Source: Octopus sinensis
Lineage: Eukaryota
NCBI RefSeq assembly: GCF_006345805.1
Contig: NC_043013.1
Location: 47,306,001 to 47,370,000 of the forward strand
DNA: 64,000 nt
Direction of reading: 5' to 3'
This document shows positions 27,330-41,008 of this stretch, piece by piece. The notes beneath the pieces were generated by a model. The model saw only the letters and a program-made list of their open reading frames with translations. It did no database searches and had not been told where the DNA came from. Each line of letters begins with the position of its first letter. The first letter of the stretch is position 1. A program made the translations under genes and the position numbers.

Positions 27330-30300
27330 AGCAGAAACGGCTGTGAGCCAATGAAGTTGATGACATAATTACTTATTACTGCTCTGTACTCGACTGACGC
27401 TCCGTTCCGAGCAGGTTATCAAGCCATTGAACTGGACTGAAATCGAAGTCAAAAGTGCAAAATAAAAAAATATGGAATGAGGAATGAGAGTGAACAAAAT
27501 TGTAATTGAATGGTAGCTGAGAAGCGAGCCAAATAAAGGAGGTTTCATGAAGCAAATGAAGAGTATATGGAATGGAAAATGAGTTTTTGAAGCATCTGCT
27601 CGGTTACTTACACACCAAGCAAGGGCAATGACTGGATCACAGGATTAGAGGGTGAAGAAATCCAGAGAAAATTTCTTTTTAAATGAGAAGGAAGAGAGAG
27701 AAACACCAGGGGTAGAAAGTCGTAATAAAGGGGTAAGAGATGAAGAATATGAAAAAGAAGGTATCACTATACGCCTGAGATTGCTGAAGGAGTAAATAGT
27801 GAAGATGATCTAGTTGGACAAATGATAGTAACTAGGGCACAAGATTTTAATGACGAAGAGAGGGAGATTCTAGAAATGCTGTGAGGTAAAAGATGTGTGG
27901 TGGGATCAATAAAGTACCATCAAATGCGAGATATAAGGACAGGGGGAAAGTAAGGAGAGCCACGGCCACAGAAAATTATGTTTTGAGCTTGATTAGAGCA
28001 AAATACATTCGTGGAACAAACCAGCTAATCATAACTGCTGCTAATACTGTAGCTGATATAACTGGATACAAGCGGAAAACTGAAGAAATGAAAGGAAATG
28101 AAAAGAAAGAAACGAACTGGAGGAAGAGAGTGAGAATGAAGTTGGAAAAGAGAAGGAAAGAACTGGAGCAATTGAATAGGATGATGAGAGGAGAGCTTAA
28201 GAATAGGATGGTAATCAGAAAATTGAATGAGAAAAGCCAACATAAAAAATTGTCAGAAAAGGTGACAGCGTTAAAGGCCAAACTGAAAAGGTATGATGTT
28301 AGATGCAAAGGCTTTGAACAACATAGACCGTTTCAATCATATATAAGGTATATTTCTAAGGAAACAGAGGGATACCATTATCAGGAAATGATTCCTGATG
28401 CAGAAGAAAGTAAAATGAGTTGGGGGAGAACTGTGGAACAGGCCGGTGATACATAAAGAAAATGCAGAGTGGTTAACACAAGTAGAAAGTCAACTTGCAA
28501 ACTCTGCCAAGACAAAAATACGTCGGAATTAATCTATATACAATGAGACTAAAGTTTCAAAAAATACCAAATTGGAAAGGACCTGAGCCGGGGGGAGGAC
28601 AAGGTTGAAGAACTTTACACAGTTTCATGAAAGGATCGATTCACCTGCAGCATGGTCACCTCCTCACCTGAATGACAAGTTGACAAACACTGTTATGTCT
28701 CAAGTATAGCTTGAAAGGTAACATGGTATCAAATTTTCGACCTGTAACCTGCTTACGATGTATGTGGAAGCTTATGACTGGTGCCTTGGCAGAAAAGCTA
28801 AATAATCATCTAGAAAGTAACAATCTACTTCCAGAAGAGTAGAAATGATGCAGAAAACAACGAAGGATAACAAAAGAGTACTTATTAGTTGATAAGATGA
28901 TAACTAAAAACTGTAGGCGCAGCATATGACCTGGTACCGCACAGTTGGATAAGTAAAACACTGAGCATGTTTGGAGTGGCTGAAAATATGGAGAAAATGT
29001 TTAATGAATCTAGGAAGCATTGGAATACTGAATTGATTGGGGGAAAACAAAGACTTGGAAAAGTGAACATCAGATGTGGTATATTCCAAGGTGATAGTTT
29101 ATCTCCACTGTTATTTGTATTAGCTATGATACCGCTCAGTTTGATATTGCGCGAAGCTAAAATAGTTTACGATTTGGGAAAAATGATATGGTCAGATAAA
29201 TCATCTTTTTTTTTGCGGACGATATAAAGATTTATGCGAAAAAGTGAGAAACCGCTTCCAAGTGATGCATATTGTTCGCACTTTTTCAAATAATTTAGTT
29301 ATGGAATTTAGGATCGAAAAGTGTGCTATGTTGAAAATGAAGCAATGAAGATTTGAAGGAAGGCAGAGAAATGAAATACCAAATGGGAAAACAATGAGAA
29401 CGGTTGAGAAAAGACAGTGGTATAAGTATTTTGGGAATACTTATATGAGTTGGGGGAGAACTGTGGAACAGGCCGGTGATACATAAAGAAAATGCAGAGT
29501 GGTTAACACAAGTAGAAAGTCAACTTGCAAACTCTGCCAAGACAAAAATACATCTGAAGCAGACGAAATAAAATATTTAAAAAAATGAATCAAATTTCTA
29601 GTAGAGAGTATATAAGGAGAGTGAGATAATCATTGCAGCCAAAGTTGAATGCAAAAAATGTTATAGAAATAATAAATGCAAGAGCAGTACCTCTAATGAG
29701 ATAATGAGTTGTTATTATTGAGTGGATCAAAAACGACATAGGGAAACTTGACAGAAAACCTAGAAAGCTGTTGACAATGTATGGAGCCTACCATTCGAAA
29801 GCTGATATAAACTGGCTGTACTTGAGAGAGCAGGAAGGAAGAGGCCTAATTGTTGTGGAAGAGTGCGTACAGTTGTAAAGGAAAAGCCTACTAGGATATT
29901 TACAGAAGAGTACAGAGAAACTGTTAGAGACAGTGAATAAGGAACAGATGATCAAGTGTGGAATGGGAGAAAAGGACAAGAGACAAGAATGAAATTCAAA
30001 GAGAGCACATTAGACAGATTGAAGAGAAAATTCTGCATTGTCAAATTTGGAAAGTCACTGAAGATGTAGTGGTAAAAAATCCTGGGCTTGGTTAACAAAA
30101 AAATGGCAATTAAAAACAATGAAACAGGAGCCAAATTATAGCAGCCTAGGATCAAGCGATAAAATCAAACAACTTGAGGGAAAATGTATACGAGGTGAAT
30201 GTGTCAGGAAAATATAGAATCTGTGGAACTTAGAACGAGACATTGGCAGAATGTTCTACGTTGACACGGTAAGAATATAAGAAATGAAGATATGACCGAG

Positions 30301-30900
30301 TATCAAAAGTTTTACACTGGAAGCTTTGCCAGAAATAGGGATTTAAATTTCGAGATACGTGGAATGAACATCGGGCTGAACGAGTGCCGGAATCGCAGAA
30401 TTGTAAGATTCTGTGGAACTTTCCTATTCAAATGGACAAGAAGATAGAAAATAATACACCAGATATGACAATAATAGACAAGGGAAAGCGAGGTTTCCTA
30501 CTAATTGACTTATCCTACTAATTGACTTATATTCCAGGATATTAAAAAAAAAGACAAAAATAAAAACAAAAACAATAGGAAAAATACAATCCTTTACATT
30601 TTGGAATTACAAGAATTTGAAATATAGAAATTGTAAACGTTTGAGCTGTAATAATTGGTAGACTGAGAACTGTAATCAAAAATATAGACAAATGGTTGAA
30701 GAAGACTGGAATAGAATGCTCGGTAGAGTGTCTAGAGAAAGTTTCCCTCTTTGGTAGAGGAAAGCTTATGAGGAGAGTCTTAAGCACTTGAAAGACTATT
30801 GAAAGATTGTTGATAGCTAAGGTTACATGTATTAACCTGCTACCCACACAATAGGATCGAACCTGAATCAAATCAATGATAATAATAATGATTATAAATA
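27330..30900 (+). mobile_element. Decayed near-full-length R4/Dong-like RLE non-LTR retrotransposon
   Basis: Collinear remnants [55 protein letters not shown]...GRGL, LHWKLCQK and KILWNFPIQ...PDMTIIDK (RLE). Many stops and frameshifts; (AAT)-like tail. Confidence 0.85.
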
Positions 30901-30992
30901 GATAGATAGATAGACAGATAGATAAATAGATAGGTAGGTAGGTAGGTTCACATATATGAACATATATGTGCGTATGTGGGTATGCCTATATA

Positions 30993-32097
30993 GGCCATCC
31001 GGATTCCCGTTTGCGCCGTGAACAGGAATTAATCTTCTCTCTTCGCTCTTATACGCCATTTGGTCTCAACTCTCCCCCACTCCTCTCTCATCAACCCCTC
31101 TCTCCCCCCCTCCTCACCTATCCTTTCTCCCCCCGACCCCTACTTCTTCAGTCCTTCATCCTTTCACCCCTACTCCCCTTCCTTCTTCCCTCTTTCTCCC
31201 TCCCTCTTCCCTTTCCCTCTGCTCCCTCACTCCCTCTCTCCCCTTCTCTCTCCCCTCTCCCTCTTTCCTCCTCATCCCCCTCCTCCCCTTCCTTCATCCC
31301 CCATCCTCTCCTCTTCCCCCTTCTCCTCCCCCTCTTCTTCCCCTCCCTTCTCCCCCCCTCTTCTCCCCCTCCCCCTCTTCTCTCCCCCTCCCCCTCTTCT
31401 CCCCCTCCCCTTTCTCCTCACTACAACACATGACTTTACACATCACATCACATATGATGTGCCTACTAATACACACACCAACTAATACATACTAATACGT
31501 ACTAATAACATACTAGTACATACTAATTTACACCAACCCTATACATACACACGTCCAGACCCGCATACGCACTTATACTCTCTCACACACACACACACAC
31601 CTATACATACCAATACGTACTAATACATACTAATACATACTAATACATACACCAACCCCATACATACGCACGTCCAGACCAACCTACGCACTAATACTCT
31701 CTCATACACACACACACACACACCTATACATACTAATACATACACCAACCCTATACATACACACATCCAGACCCCTCCCACGCACTTTTAGCTGGTCCCT
31801 CAACCCTTTTATCAACCCTATTATCTCCCCTTATTTCGCTCTCGCGTCTCATGTTGATCTTTGACCTCTGGCCGAAATCAGATCGCCATGTTGATTCGTT
31901 AGCTACTGCACGCATTTTTTTTTCTCTCCTTCTTTCTGTGTTTTTCTCTCTCTGTGTATCTTTCTGTTGAAGAGCGTAGGCTCGAAACGTTAAAGACTTG
32001 TTTTATTTATATTTCCTGAGCGCCATACTAATACAATTGTTCGTTTGTTTTCCACCTGCCTTCGTCTTTTGTTTATTTTCATAAAGCTTCCCGTTAT
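30993..32097 (+). mobile_element. Penelope-like element 3' end: GIY-YIG C-terminus plus pseudo-LTR (family P1)
   Basis: RLRREQELIFSLRSYTPFGLN is the PLE endonuclease C-terminal motif. It is followed by a pyrimidine tract, 3 short internal repeats, then CTGTTGA-A-GAGC-GTAG-GCTC-GAAACGTT-AAAGA. Ends in (TA)n. Confidence 0.75.
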
Positions 32098-32615
32098 TAT
32101 ATATATATATGCAGATATCAAGGAGTAATATCACCAAATGCGTTCTGTCTGTGACCAACCTGTCGGTTTTTAAAATTTTATCAATAACAATATCCGGTGG
32201 AAGATCTGGTTAATAATTCTTCAAGATCTATTAGGGCCCTTAGGGTCTCAATTCGCAGTTGTTTTCCCGTATTTTAAACGGACATATGCGTGAATGTGTA
32301 TGTTTGCCTCTCTGTGAATATGTGTATGTATATATATACATATATACACACGTACGTATCCACGCATACGTTCGTGTAAATCTCCATTGCAGGAGCAGAC
32401 CTTAATGTGAGAATCTCATATATTAACATATATTATAAGGAAATGTATTAATGATTTCCAATTGTGGCAGAAGACCAGAATATATATATTATTCAAGGAT
32501 ATTTAATATTGGTTTCGAATTTTGGCACAAGGCCAGCAATTTGGGGGAAGGACGGAAGTTTATTACATCAACCCCAGTGCTCCACTATTACTTATTTTAT
32601 CGACCTTGATGGTAA

Positions 32616-32840
32616 TGGAATAAGAAATTATGCTGTGAAGTCTTGTGATTGCCTCTGTTGGTTCGTCGGATCTTCGAACAACCAAGTGCGATTTTAATTT
32701 TAGTAATATGTTTCAACGCATGTATACAGGTATAAAACATACTTGTGTGTATGCATATGTGTGTATGTACATGTATAAAAATATATACCTATCGATATCA
32801 CTTCACTTTCCCCACTCTCTGTCACTATTAGACAGACACA
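32616..32840 (+). repeat. Second copy of the 25074 dispersed repeat
   Basis: Near-identical to 25074-25300. Confidence 0.8.
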
Positions 32841-32854
32841 CAGCATATAAAATA

Positions 32855-32886
<32 letters not shown>

Positions 32887-33010
32887 TATATACAATATGT
32901 ATATATATAATGTGTTGTGTGTGATAGTATATATATATATATATATTATATATATTATATATATATATATATTTATATATATAATATATTTTATATATAA
33001 TATATATATA

Positions 33011-33089
<79 letters not shown>

Positions 33090-33144
33090 ATGCACACACA
33101 CACACATACATACATATATATATCAAGTACTTATTATAAGGCAA

Positions 33145-33246
33145 AGTCAGACTCGGTAGATGAATTGAACTCATGACGTAAATGCGGACGAAATGCCGCT
33201 AAGCATTTAGTCCGGCGTGCTAACGATTATGCCAGATCGCCGCCTT
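33145..33246 (-). mobile_element. Family C SINE head fragment
   Basis: The reverse complement reads GGCGGCGATCTGGCATAATCGTTAGCACGCCGG... Confidence 0.7.
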
Positions 33247-34100
33247 GCATGTGTTTTTAATATTGGCAGACCTTTGTACTAATCTTGTTCTGAGTGACAG
33301 TACGACAATAAAAATATTAAAAAAAAACACACGCACTGTTGGCTCACTATCACTTCTTTATTTTTAGTTGATCGCTTAAGTAACTAAGAGACTAATCAAT
33401 CGATAGATTGTTTAATGTGTTGGTTAAACTGACAATCGGTTACTTGTTTGCCAAAGACCTTTCGTCGTTATTCGTAACTTTATCAAAGACATACCCACGC
33501 TTCTCAAGGCAAGCCTTTCTAACACAATAAGGTTTGTTTTAGCACACGAAAGATTCACATCAAGAACATTGCAAAACCAAATACAAAAACTTGAACTAAA
33601 ATTTTTCCCAAATTTATTTCGCGCCGTAATTTCTCAACCTTAATTTCAAAACTTGACAATTTTCACGCACATATTTAGTGTGCGAGCATATATTCATCAG
33701 ACATAACAGGAGTAAATCCTAAGTGCAAATTGTAATTCAACTGTACCGTTCCCAGCGAAATATGTCGACGTCGTAAGGCAACGTTTGTGGGTAGAGAAAA
33801 CAATGGTGACGTTTGAAACTTCCTTGATCGATATAAACTAACTCTATAATGTTTTAGACAAGTGATTTGACTTTTTAAAATCATATGGCCTTATAATGGT
33901 AGCGGGTGCACACATAGGCACATACATTCGCACACAAACACACATACACACACACACGCACACAAACAAACATACAAACACACACACACACATACACGTA
34001 AGCCCATTGTATTTTGAGCCCTCGGGTTTATATGAAGTCGCTATAGACTCATCACCACATGCGGCTTCACTTCATCCGTTTATACATCACGAGTTTACTG

Positions 34101-34169
<69 letters not shown>

Positions 34170-34177
34170 ATAGATAA

Positions 34178-34248
<71 letters not shown>
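34101..34248. repeat. (GATA)n microsatellite
   Basis: Directly visible. Confidence 0.95.
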
Positions 34249-34249
<1 letters not shown>

Positions 34250-34709
34250 ACTGTGAGGTTAAGAACCTCGCTTTGTAATGTAACGTGGTTTCAGTTTCAC
34301 TTCCACTTTGCGGCAGCTCCGGAAAGTGCCTTCTACTATAGCCCCGGCTGAGTAAATACAGAGGTTTGTATCTGTATGTGAGTGTCTTCCCTGATTGCAG
34401 AAACCACAATAAATGCAGCTGGTACAAAGCAATGTAATAGAAAAGATTCCAAAGTCTGTGATAGAAAAACTCAATCTGAAGTGGGTGGTGTCCTCCACTT
34501 CGATAAAGGAAATCAGTTCATGTCTGCTCCTCTAAAATTAAATAGTTTGATGGGATTCTTGGATCTTAAAAGAATATGTGGTCTTCCTAATGCGCATGTT
34601 TCATTTCTTGGATCTTCCCCAACAGAAAGAACATCATAACTCGTAAACATCACCAAGAGCCCACTCCCGGTGGTAACTGTCGAGACCCTGAGGTTTGCCA
34701 ACTTGACAT

Positions 34710-35000
34710 GGTGTGTATAATAATTCCTATCGTATATGAGGCTGAAGTAATAGCAACGCTTCAAGACAACCTTACTGAAAATAAGAATCGCATCAGGCTA
34801 TACGAAGGCGATTTCAAAAACCGTTATGCCAACCAGCTATCTTCTTTCCGGCGCACATCGACAAAAGTAATGTCAGTAAGTTGGGAAGTCACGGATGGCG
34901 TTTTAACACCAAACTCCACACCACAGAAATTCAAGTCGAGAATAATGGAGAAATCCAAGCCATATGTTAATGAATGTTAGTATCTTACAACATCAAGGAA
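34710..35000 (+). pseudogene. Penelope-like (Naiad-type) GIY-YIG endonuclease fragment
   Basis: IVYEAEV...IRLYEGDFKNRYANQLSSFR...IMEKSKPY matches the IVY..YIG..E..FK.RY.NH.SSF pattern. Confidence 0.6.
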
Positions 35001-35199
35001 CTCCTGATACGATTCCTTCGTGAACAACAATTATGTTTCGTTTACAAATAGCCTCATCCATCTCCGAGTTGTGAATAATCGTCTAGCTTTACCATGAATA
35101 ACAGTCAAACAAAAAGAAAACACACGGAGATAAACGTCCAAATGTACACTTAATAGAAAACACTTACCTTCGCATTAAGACGTTAGTATTTCAATAACG

Positions 35200-35238
<39 letters not shown>

Positions 35239-35771
35239 TTTTTATCCTCGCTTATACACGTTCACTGTCTGCACACTGTCTACTCTTACAAAGTCTCACA
35301 AACTTGCACATCTAATTCTTGCATCATATGACCAACACTAACACGTCTGCCATAAACTTTTTGCATTCTCACACTTCTAAAATAAGCTCTGAAATATGTC
35401 TATCTTGACAAAAGAAAATTTATCCGAAAGGCTGATGGCTGATATGTACTTCTTTTTCTTCATAGTATAATAACATCGACTATGCATATTCGCTCATTAT
35501 TGAATTTTTAATGTATATTACTTTCTGGGTGCGGAACATGCCGCGTATTTTAATCAAATATAAATCAATGAATTTCCGAAGCATATTTTGGAAGAAAGCA
35601 GCGAATGTATACAAAAACAAGGACGGGGGAAAATGGAGAATGTTACACAAATGCAAATGCAAATGACAGAACATAATAACAGGTGTCTTTCGACTAAGGA
35701 CGAATTAAATTAAGCTGGCATGTGTGGAAGTAAAGCCTTACGGCAGAGATACCGGATTTCACGGGCACAGG

Positions 35772-36072
35772 AAGAAAGAAAGGTCAGGCTTGGCCGAACA
35801 CGGGTCACGTGGGGAGATAAGAGAGAGAGAGAGAGGTAGCCCTTTCACGTTTACTTCGTTCATTCCACTCTTTGTTCTTTCGTTCCACCTGTCTCACGTT
35901 TCCTTGCCTTCTCTTCATGCTAACTTTCCCTCCTCTTTTCACTTCAATATGCCCCTGTCATTTTCTCGCCCCTCCTTATTTCTTCAGTCCCTCTGCCTCT
36001 ACCACTCTCTCTCTCTCTCTCTCTTCTTTCCCCGCGTGACCGGTGTTCGGCCAAGCCTGACCTTTCTTTCTT
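35772..36072. repeat. Inverted repeat with ~65-bp arms
   Basis: AAGAAAGAAAGGTCAGGCTTGGCCGAACAC(G/C)GGTCACG(T/C)GGGGA occurs on both strands (35772+ and 36072-). Confidence 0.85.
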
Positions 36073-36110
36073 GGTTCGACCGTCGTCCGTGCAACATCTA
36101 TATTCCTCCC

Positions 36111-36142
<32 letters not shown>

Positions 36143-36944
36143 TTATATATATATACACGCACACACACACACACACACATATATATTTAATAATTAATAA
36201 ATTTATTAATTATTAGATTAATAATTCTTTACCCTATATCCATATCTATATATATAATTTAAAAATAGGAGAAAATCTTTTAAAGAATTTATCAAGTAGT
36301 TAGCGTGAAAAACCTCATAAGAGAAAAAATCCATCAATTTTTTTCCTTTAATTGTATTCATTTTTACTTTATAGAGGGCATTATTACACATAAATGCTAC
36401 ACGCTAGGAGGGACTCTTAAAGTCAAAACTACTAAAATAAAAGTATCGTACCGAAAGCAAGTCTCGAAGCAAGTCATTTAAAAACAGACTTTAGCTGCAG
36501 ATCACCAGTGATTTCGTAATTAGTGCAGTTATATGCACTTTTCACTCATCGGTGCAAGCATAATTCAAGATCTATAATGAATGAACAAAAACAACATACC
36601 AGACGAACAACTGTCGCATCCACCGTAGTATCACGAACAGCATATATATATATATACATACAAAAAATGATTTTTGTTAAGCAGCGTCGAAATTTTACAA
36701 TTCTGTAAATAATAATAATAATAATATTTTTCTTAGCTTAACGCTTATGAGCGATCACCGCACAATGACTTAAGAAAACAGTTTAATAATGGAGCATATG
36801 AGCCCCATTATTAGACTTTTTTCATTAGTTACTGCGCATGAGCGCTTATAAGCTTTAAGCTTTCAAAAATAATATTATTACTATATTATTGAAATATCTA
36901 TAAAACCTTCAAAAGCTTGTTTATTTTTATGCTTTTTGATTTAT

Positions 36945-38103
36945 TATTAGTGTTGCTTAATATGTTTTGCTAAAATTGCTGCTTCTTTTCAGATATCAGC
37001 AGAAAAAGGTAAATAAAATTAATTAAAATGACAGATCTATCGGACTTTCAAAGAGGTCAAATTGTTGGTGCTCGTATGGCAGGCGCTAGCGTAATGAAAA
37101 CTGTCAAAATATTTGGTGGATCAAGAAATATTGTCTCGAAAATAATGACAGCCTTTGAGAAAGAGGGAAAAACCTCCTTGTCGAAACCAAACTCCGGAAG
37201 AAAACCAAAACTTTCAGATAGGGACCGTCGGACTCTTACGCAAATTGTTAGAAAGCATCACAAATGTGCAGCTCCCAAAATTACTGCAGAGCTTAATGAC
37301 CACCTCGATAAATCAGTTTCTACATAAACTGTTCGTCGGGAGCGGCACAAAGCCGGATTTCACGGGAGGGCTGCAATCAGAAAACCAGTACTTTCAAAAA
37401 CAAAGCTTGTAAAGCGTTTGGAGTGGAATAAAAACGTACAGAATTGGTCCCTAGAGCAGTGGAAGCATGTTATTTTCTCGGACGAGTCCTTACCTTATGT
37501 CCGACCACGGGCTGAGTATACGTGGGGAGACAGTCAAAAGAAGCATTTGACCCAGACTGCCTTCTTCCAGCTGTTAAACATGCAGAAGGATCTGTGATGG
37601 TTCGGGTGTGGCTATATCTTGGAAATACGCTAGCCCTATGATTTCCCTTCATGACAGAATTAATAGTCAAGATTATTTAAGCATTTTATCTAATCAAATT
37701 TATCCTATAGTTGCGAAACTATTTCCGGGAGGCGGAAACGCAATCTTTCAGGATAATAATTCACACAGCTAAAGTTGTTACTGATTAGTACGTGGAATAT
37801 TCTAGTGAAGTTGACCATCTCACTTGGCTACTACAGTCTCCAGATCTCAATATTATTGAATATTTATGGTGCATTTAAAAAAAATAAGAAAGGAGTTGCT
37901 ATCTTCCATCATCATCACTACAAGAAGTGGAGACTGTTTTAGATGAAGAATGGACAAAAATTCCTTTGGAAATAATTCAAACTCTGTACGAGTTCGTACC
38001 TTGTAAAATTCAGGCTGTAATTACTGCCAAAGGCGTCCTACCCTATGACAAAAAAAAAGTGTTTGAAATTTTAAAGGGTCTCCATTATTTTGTCCATCCA
38101 CTG
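36945..38103 (+). mobile_element. Tc1-family DNA transposon relic with a disrupted transposase
   Basis: MTDLSDFQRGQIVGAR...GRKPKLSDRDRR (paired-like HTH), VIFSDES, FQDN, SPDLNIIE, DEEWTKIP. Stops and frameshifts present; the 3' end reads ...TTGTCCATCCACTG. Confidence 0.9.
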
Positions 38104-38113
38104 TGTATGTGTG

Positions 38114-38149
<36 letters not shown>

Positions 38150-38150
38150 C

Positions 38151-38281
<131 letters not shown>

Positions 38282-38415
38282 CTTATAAAACAAGGGCAAA
38301 AGAAAAAATTCTAATGCCAAATATGCCGAAAATAGACAAATTGTCAATAACCATTATAATTTATCACTATTATCATGCGTCTCGAAAAAAGCCGAGAGAA
38401 ATTTCTAAAAAATTC

Positions 38416-38486
38416 CGTTATTACCGTATTGGTACCAATTTCAGAGTTAATTCATAAGAATTTTCTCCTCGTCAGCGATAAATACG
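38416..38486 (-). ncRNA. Type I hammerhead ribozyme (intact core)
   Basis: Minus strand: TTATCG-CTGACGA-GGAG-AA-AATTC-TTAT-GAATT-AA-CTCT-GAA-ATTGGTACCAAT-A-CGGTAA. All three stems pair. Predicted cut AUA between 38427 and 38426. Confidence 0.8.
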
Positions 38487-39465
38487 TAAGACATAAATGA
38501 AATACTTACTTATACCCATGGAAAAAGCAAGCACTAAGTCATGAGCAGACCTAAGTACCCCAAATACATCCATAATATTACCAATATATGTTGGTTAAGC
38601 ATTTTGCCCAGTGTGTGCCGCCTTAAAACTTCTAACAATATATTGGTTTCAATTTTAGTCACTAAACTAGCAATTTCGAGGGAGAGGCCAAGATAGTTAC
38701 GTGATCCCAATACTCAACTGGTTCTTTTTTTTATCGAATCCTAGTGAATCTTTCATTAGCTGATTACACAACTATGGACACGTCACCCCTATTGGTGCGT
38801 TGCAGTTACTCTCTTGATAGAGCTTCGTTATCCTAGCCGTTGATATTCTGGGATCCTTCTGCTAAGCACCAATGTAAGAAACACCGATGGTTCAGTTGAA
38901 CTCTTTCGCTACCTCTTCTCAATCCACCATTCTGCAGTCCCATGTCTCTGCTGTATTCCTGGCAGGATGACTGAACGGGTGCTATACCTTACCAAAGGGC
39001 AGCCCGGAGCTATGCAGGGCACAGCCGTCACTCCCTGAGGTACTCTCAACGTACCTACATACCCACTCTGGCCATATGCATTTTTCTCTGATGTTAAAAT
39101 GAGGATGTAATAAAGTGAGTTAAGATTTCTTAAAGCTATACCAACTCGGTGTTCAGTATATAAATAAGTTATATCTTGGACATTGATCCACAGCTAGATT
39201 GTTCACATCTTGACGAAAACTAGGATAGATAACAACTCTCGAGTTCAAGTTGTGGAATGGGAACGATTTAAAGTATAAAAAGTTTCAAAAGCGATTATAT
39301 AAATTCATGATTCTGTAAATATTAACAATTGTTGCAAAAACTTTAGTATTTCCACTGGCACTGCTAGTGTATATAAACTGTAGACAATATTTAGTAAGTT
39401 AGGTTAAAATTTTATTAACACAAACACAGGCGCACGCACACATACCTACTCTCTCTCCTTCTCAC

Positions 39466-39497
<32 letters not shown>

Positions 39498-39560
39498 TTC
39501 ACACGCACACACAAGGATTCATAACGTGCTACTTATATGCAGATAATCATTCATATGAAC

Positions 39561-39660
39561 NNNNNNNNNNNNNNNNNNNNNNNNNNNNNNNNNNNNNNNN
39601 NNNNNNNNNNNNNNNNNNNNNNNNNNNNNNNNNNNNNNNNNNNNNNNNNNNNNNNNNNNN
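39561..39660. other. Assembly gap (100 N)
   Basis: Run of N. Confidence 1.
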
Positions 39661-41008
39661 GGCCCAGCAAAGCTTGTGAGTGGATTTCGTAATAGATTCG
39701 GCCCGAGCAAAGCTTTGTGAGTGGATTTCGTATAGATTCGGCCCGAGCAAACCTTGTGAGTGGATTTCGTAATAGATTCGGCCCGAGCAAAGCCTTGTGA
39801 GTGGATTTCGTAATAGATTCGGTCCGAGCAAAGCCTTGTGAGTGGATTTCGTAATAGATTCGCCCGAGCAAAGCCTTGTGAGTGGATTTCGTAATAGATT
39901 CGGCCCGAGCAAGCTTGGTGAGTGGATTTCGGTAATAGATTCGGCCCGGTCGGCCCGAGCAAGCCTTGTGAGTGGATTTCGTAATAGATTCGGCCCGAGC
40001 AAAGCCTTGTGAGTGGATTTCGTAATAGATTCATTCGCCCGAGCAAGCTTGTGAGTGGATTTCGTAATAGATTCGGCCCGAGCAAAGCCTTGTGAGTGGA
40101 TTTCGTAATAGATTCGGCCCGAGCAAAGCCTTGTGAGTGGATTTCGTAATAGATTCGGCCGAGCAAAGCCTTGTGAGTGGATTTCGTAATGATTCGCCTC
40201 CGAGCAAAGCCTTGTGAGTGGATTTCGTAATAGATTCGGTCCGAGCAAAGCCTTGTGAGTGGATTTCGTAATAGATTCGGCCCGAGCAAAGCCTTGTGAG
40301 TGGATTTCGTAATAGATTCGGCCCGAGCAAAGCCTTGTGAGTGGATTTCGTAATAGATTCGGCCCGAGCAAAGCCTTGTGAGTGGATTTCGTAATAGATT
40401 CGGCCCGAGCAAAGCCTTGTGAGTGGATTTCGTAATAGATTCGGCCCGAGCAAAGCCTTTGAGTGGATTTCGTAATAGATTCGGTCGGCCCGAGCAAAGC
40501 CTTGTGAGTGGATTTCGTAATAGATTCGGCCCGAGCAAAGCCTTGTGAGTGGATTTCGTAATAGATTCGGCCCGAGCAAAGCCTTGTGAGTGGATTTCGT
40601 AATAGATTCGGCCCGAGCAAAGCCTTGTGAGTGATTTCGTAATAGATTCGGCCCGAGCAAAGCCTTGTGAGTGGATTTCGTAATAGATTCGGCCCGAGCA
40701 AAGCCTTGTGAGTGGATTTCGTAATAGATTCGGCCCGAGCAAAGCCTTGTGAGTGGATTTCGTAATAGATTCGGCCCGAGCAAAGCCTTGTGAGGGATTT
40801 CGTAATAGATTCGGCCCGAGCAAAGCCTTGTGAGTGGATTTCGTAATAGATTCGGCCCGAGCAAAGCCTTGTGAGTGGATTTCGTAATAGATTCGGCCCG
40901 AGCAAAGCCTTGTGAGTGGATTTCGTAATAGATTCGGTCCGAGCAAAGCCTTGTGAGTGGATTTCGTAATAGATTCGGCCCGAGCAAAGCCTTGTGAGTG
41001 GATTTCGT
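39661..41008 (+). repeat. 41-bp minisatellite (~33 visible copies) derived from the family A SINE interior
   Basis: Unit GGCCCGAGCAAAGCCTTGTGAGTGGATTTCGTAATAGATTC with period 41 (40279, 40320, 40361). Truncated by the gap. Confidence 0.95.

Noticed and set aside
39661-41008. CRISPR array
   Set aside because: The repeats are head-to-tail with no unique spacers, the unit derives from a SINE, there are no cas genes, and the context is eukaryotic.
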